From IMG/VR virus record IMGVR_UViG_3300021408_000060, positions 1 through 38,187 of that record: a stretch of 38,187 bases of DNA, one strand, 5' to 3'. A model generated the notes under the pieces. That model was given only the letters and a program-made list of their open reading frames with translations, was not told the origin of the DNA and did not search any database. Positions 35,719-38,187 of the stretch are shown here, piece by piece. A program made the translations under genes and the position numbers. The stretch is from a virus (Duplodnaviria > Caudoviricetes). Position 1 is the first letter of the stretch; each line of letters starts with the position of its first letter.

Positions 35719-36128
35719 CTCTCCCTACCCTCCCAAAAGTTTTAAACAAGCGCGAAGCAAATTGGACGACAACGGTGTTTAGAAAATGGCTGGTAGAGAA
35801 CTATCAAACACTAGGAGGCAGTGCCTTTGAGGTAAAGCATACTCGTGGCAAAGAATACTTAGCCTTCAGTGAAGTGAAAGCCTCACAGGTCGCAAAAATG
35901 CTTAAAATACGACATGAGAAATACGTATGGAAAAATCCTGATCATGGCGAGGAAACACCACCAGATATTTTCTTTTTTAATCAAGCGCCGGTGTATGTCG
36001 TTATCCGCTACCCTCGTGGGGTTTCTATTATCCCCATTGACGTGTTTGTACTTGAAAGTAAACGTTCAAAACGCCGTAGTTTAACCTATGCTAGAGCTGT
36101 GGAATTGAGTACGATAGACTTCAAATAG
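35715..36128 (+). CDS. PD-(D/E)XK nuclease, RecU/Holliday-junction-resolvase-like
   Basis: 'AFEVKHT', 'SQV..L' and 'KNPD.....PPD' motifs; start 35715 supported by ATGA coupling. Confidence 0.6.
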   Translation: MTLPTLPKVLNKREANWTTTVFRKWLVENYQTLGGSAFEVKHTRGKEYLAFSEVKASQVAKMLKIRHEKYVWKNPDHGEETPPDIFFFNQAPVYVVIRYPRGVSIIPIDVFVLESKRSKRRSLTYARAVELSTIDFK

Positions 36129-36173
36129 TTATCCCCATCCTATCTTGCGTAAGATTATATGTAAGTATATACT
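36129..36173 (+). promoter_or_regulatory. DnaA-like box, operator palindrome and promoter TTGCGT-17-TATACT; leaderless
   Basis: TTATCCCCA at 36129-37; ATCTTGCGTAAGAT at 36142-55 over the -35; -10 at 36168-73; ATG 6 nt later. Confidence 0.75.
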
Positions 36174-36179
36174 ATACCT

Positions 36180-36356
36180 ATGCAAGTAACACATGACACA
36201 ACAGCATACACCATTCCTATCACCATTGAGTATCATTGCAGTGAATGTAAAGATACTGGTACTGTAACGCAGATCATAGCAATTGATGACTGGAATGACG
36301 TGCCCTGTCCATGGTGCAACTTGCCGGATGAATATGATAGAAGAGTTCAAAAGTAA
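36180..36356 (+). CDS. 58-aa zinc-ribbon protein
   Basis: CSECKDTG...PCPWC; leaderless start. Confidence 0.7.
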   Translation: MQVTHDTTAYTIPITIEYHCSECKDTGTVTQIIAIDDWNDVPCPWCNLPDEYDRRVQK

Positions 36357-36452
36357 TTATCAGTGCAGAGGTTGTTGGATACAAATATAAATAAGACACT
36401 GCAGAAAGAACAATCATGACATTCAACAATCTCTACTCTGACCGTTACTAGG

Positions 36453-36587
36453 TTGTGGGCAGAGCGAGAGACACTGAGGGCGAAAGCCTATGTAAAAAGT
36501 GCCTACCAAGTTTAAACTCGGGGAGAGGTGTTTAATATAATCTATCCCTTAAGGAATGGCGACCAGTGTCTCTCGCTCTGCCCACAA
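36453..36587. repeat. Perfect 24-bp inverted repeat enclosing 87 bp
   Basis: TTGTGGGCAGAGCGAGAGACACTG (36453-76) and CAGTGTCTCTCGCTCTGCCCACAA (36564-87). Confidence 0.9.
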
Positions 36588-36623
36588 ACGAATAGAGAGG
36601 TTGTGAGTGGAATTATTAAATAA

Positions 36624-36860
36624 ATGAAAATTATGAGCTATCCAGACCCAACAAAAACATACGAAGATGATGCCGAAAAAACGTGGAAAGTATCGGATGG
36701 AGCAGTAAAAGAAATGAGTAAAAATCTTACTGATAGCCTACAAATTTTTGGAGTTATCAATAAAGAACATTACAGTGAAGTTAGACGATTGATTGCAAAC
36801 GACATGAAAGATTTACTCAAGTGGTTTGTCAATTATTTTCAGGTAGAGGGAGAATTTTAA
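36624..36860 (+). CDS. Hypothetical protein
   Basis: 78-aa ORF between two structured elements. Confidence 0.65.
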   Translation: MKIMSYPDPTKTYEDDAEKTWKVSDGAVKEMSKNLTDSLQIFGVINKEHYSEVRRLIANDMKDLLKWFVNYFQVEGEF

Positions 36861-36923
36861 AATTTTCGTCCGTGATGACGTTAAACTATAGTGTCCAAAC
36901 CATAGCCGAGGTGTTCAACTACA

Positions 36924-37060
36924 ACTATAAGGCGGAGCGAAACGACAAATACACAAAGCGTTTCAAAAGTCGGTAGTCCGACCAACCTAAACAGCTATTA
37001 GGAAATTCCTAACGACTGCACGGTTGAAAAACCTGTCCACTGCTACATTCGCCTTATAGT
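36924..37060 (+). ncRNA. Multi-stem structured RNA of unknown family
   Basis: 13-bp closing stem ACUAUAAGGCGGA/UUCGCCUUAUAGU enclosing GAAACG/CGUUUC, GUCGG/CCGAC, and CAACC/GGUUG with an inner UUAGGA/UCCUAA. Confidence 0.55.
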
Positions 37061-37101
37061 CCCGCTCATAACAAGAGTGTGTAGGGTGAGAAAAAACAAT
37101 T

Positions 37102-37440
37102 ATGATTTGTCCATATTGCAATAAAACAGCCCCATGGGTTGAAAATAAAGAAAAGTACGGCAAAAATTACGGTCAATCGTACATGTGTTATTTTTGTAAA
37201 CCTTGCGATGCGTATGTAGGTTGTCATCAGAACACCCGCCGAGCATTGGGAACTATGGCAAACGCTGAATTAAGAAAATGGCGTATGAAAGCCCACGAAG
37301 TCATTGATAGTCGTTGGAAATCGGGCGAAATGAAACGGAAGGAAATGTACAAAATGCTAGACGATATGATGGGAAAAGTAATGCACATTGGAGAAAGTAC
37401 GATTGAGGAATGTAAGGAAATTATTAGTAAGTTTTCGTAG
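37102..37440 (+). CDS. DUF3268-family zinc-finger protein
   Basis: 'CPYC...YG.....CKPCDAYVGCH..T..ALGTMANAELR..R.KAH..ID..WK'. Confidence 0.8.
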   Translation: MICPYCNKTAPWVENKEKYGKNYGQSYMCYFCKPCDAYVGCHQNTRRALGTMANAELRKWRMKAHEVIDSRWKSGEMKRKEMYKMLDDMMGKVMHIGESTIEECKEIISKFS

Positions 37441-37485
37441 TCCCTCTCCCACTCAATGAGTAATTAATAAATAACTATAAATAAA

Positions 37486-38187
37486 ATGTTACTATCCTAC
37501 AAAAATGATAAAGCGTTGAAAGATATGTTTGTCGCGGAAATAGAACGCCATAGACAACTGGACAAAATAGTCCAAGGCAGTTATGGAAATGCGAACGACA
37601 AAGATTTCAAAGGTTGCGCCGTCGGTTGTTCCATCGAATCTTTGAACATCAAACTTGGTAAATCATACAGCCCAAGCGACCATAGTGTGTATGAGACAGA
37701 ACTCGGTATTCCTGAATGGCTTGCTAGACTCGAAGACGCGCTCTTTGAAGGTTTGCCGAAAGAAGATGCTATGAAATGGCCTGGACAGTTTGCACAAGCA
37801 GTTCCTGTCGGAGTAAATCTTGAACCTGTCAAGTGGAAGTTTTGTGCGTACCTCATGAAAGAAAACATAGAACGAGTTTTAGGGCTGAAAGATATATCAG
37901 ATGAATTAAAAAAACAAGTTGTAGATTCTATTCGTGGTGTTCTTTCCTTGCATGAAACTGCAATAGAGACTGGTGAATGGGATGAGTCTGCTGCTCGGTC
38001 TGCTGAGTCTGCTGCTCGGTCTGCTGAGTCTGCTGCTCGGTCTGCTGAGTCTGCTACTCGGTCTGCTGAGTCTGCTGAGTCTGCTTGGTCTGCTGCTCGG
38101 TCTGCTGAGTCTGCTGCTCGGTCTGCTCGTGCTGCTGCTCGGTCTGCTTGGTCTGCTGAGTCTTCTGCTCGTGATGCTGAATGTGCT
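37486..38187 (+). CDS. Partial hypothetical protein with SAARSAE low-complexity repeats
   Basis: MLLSYKNDKALKDMFVAEIERHRQLDKIVQGSY...KGCAVGC...ELGIPEWLARLEDALFEGLP...; open to the window end, so absent from the ORF track. Confidence 0.85.
   Translation, partial: MLLSYKNDKALKDMFVAEIERHRQLDKIVQGSYGNANDKDFKGCAVGCSIESLNIKLGKSYSPSDHSVYETELGIPEWLARLEDALFEGLPKEDAMKWPGQFAQAVPVGVNLEPVKWKFCAYLMKENIERVLGLKDISDELKKQVVDSIRGVLSLHETAIETGEWDESAARSAESAARSAESAARSAESATRSAESAESAWSAARSAESAARSARAAARSAWSAESSARDAECA
37984..38175 (+). repeat. Coding tandem repeat (21-bp unit GAGTCTGCTGCTCGGTCTGCT and 9/12-bp subunits)
   Basis: Three to four near-perfect units, then shuffled TCTGCT-based subunits. Confidence 0.9.

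Noticed and set aside
36866-36900. preQ1 riboswitch or pistol ribozyme-like CGUC-loop-GACG-UUAAACUA
   Set aside because: The loop lacks the required conserved bases and I find no complementary pseudoknot partner.
36931-37053. tRNA gene
   Set aside because: No TTCRA T-loop, no 7-bp acceptor stem with correct arm spacing, and too long.
37581-37868. Minus-strand 95-aa ORF
   Set aside because: Shadow of the real plus-strand gene starting at 37486.
1-38187. Stop-codon reassignment (code 15 or 25), as in some CPR and gut phages
   Set aside because: Core genes are full-length in code 11, and TAA, TAG and TGA all end genes at tight gene junctions.
1-38187. CRISPR array, diversity-generating retroelement, retron, integrase
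   Set aside because: No regularly spaced repeat-spacer units, no reverse-transcriptase motifs, no adenine-specific TR/VR pair and no recombinase motifs seen. An integrase could lie in the missing part of the genome.

Overview
This window is a near-complete (both ends truncated) double-stranded DNA tailed-phage genome with podovirus-like gene order, read in the standard genetic code. The minus strand (27039->1) carries the late genes: terminase small and large subunits, portal, a block of small accessory genes, scaffold, cement protein, major capsid, tail-tube/adaptor genes, a free-standing NUMOD/Vsr-type endonuclease, a Gly-rich fibre, three ejection-like proteins, four consecutive signal-peptide-bearing adhesin-like genes, a holin-like gene and a partial papain-like peptidase. 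The right part, mostly on the plus strand, carries early/replication genes: a Gam/Gp157-like protein, an AAA+ helicase-like ATPase with a CHC2 zinc-finger partner, a PD-(D/E)XK nuclease, an N4/N6 DNA methyltransferase, an SSB-like protein, an SF2 helicase, a resolvase-like nuclease, DUF3268 and an SAARSAE-repeat protein. I see no integrase, tRNA, CRISPR array or reverse transcriptase. Leaderless or SD-poor starts and ATST/GxGTxSP-rich exported proteins suggest a Patescibacteria (CPR) host; this is inference. The most unusual signals are non-coding: (1) DnaA boxes just upstream of the -35 element of eight sigma70-like promoters; (2) a two-state terminator/antiterminator leader before the scaffold-capsid operon; (3) three structured intergenic elements in the early region; (4) an iteron-like putative origin; (5) an exact 25-bp direct repeat shared by the portal gene and an early gene 9.3 kb away. 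All product calls come from motif recognition and synteny by eye; no database searches were run.
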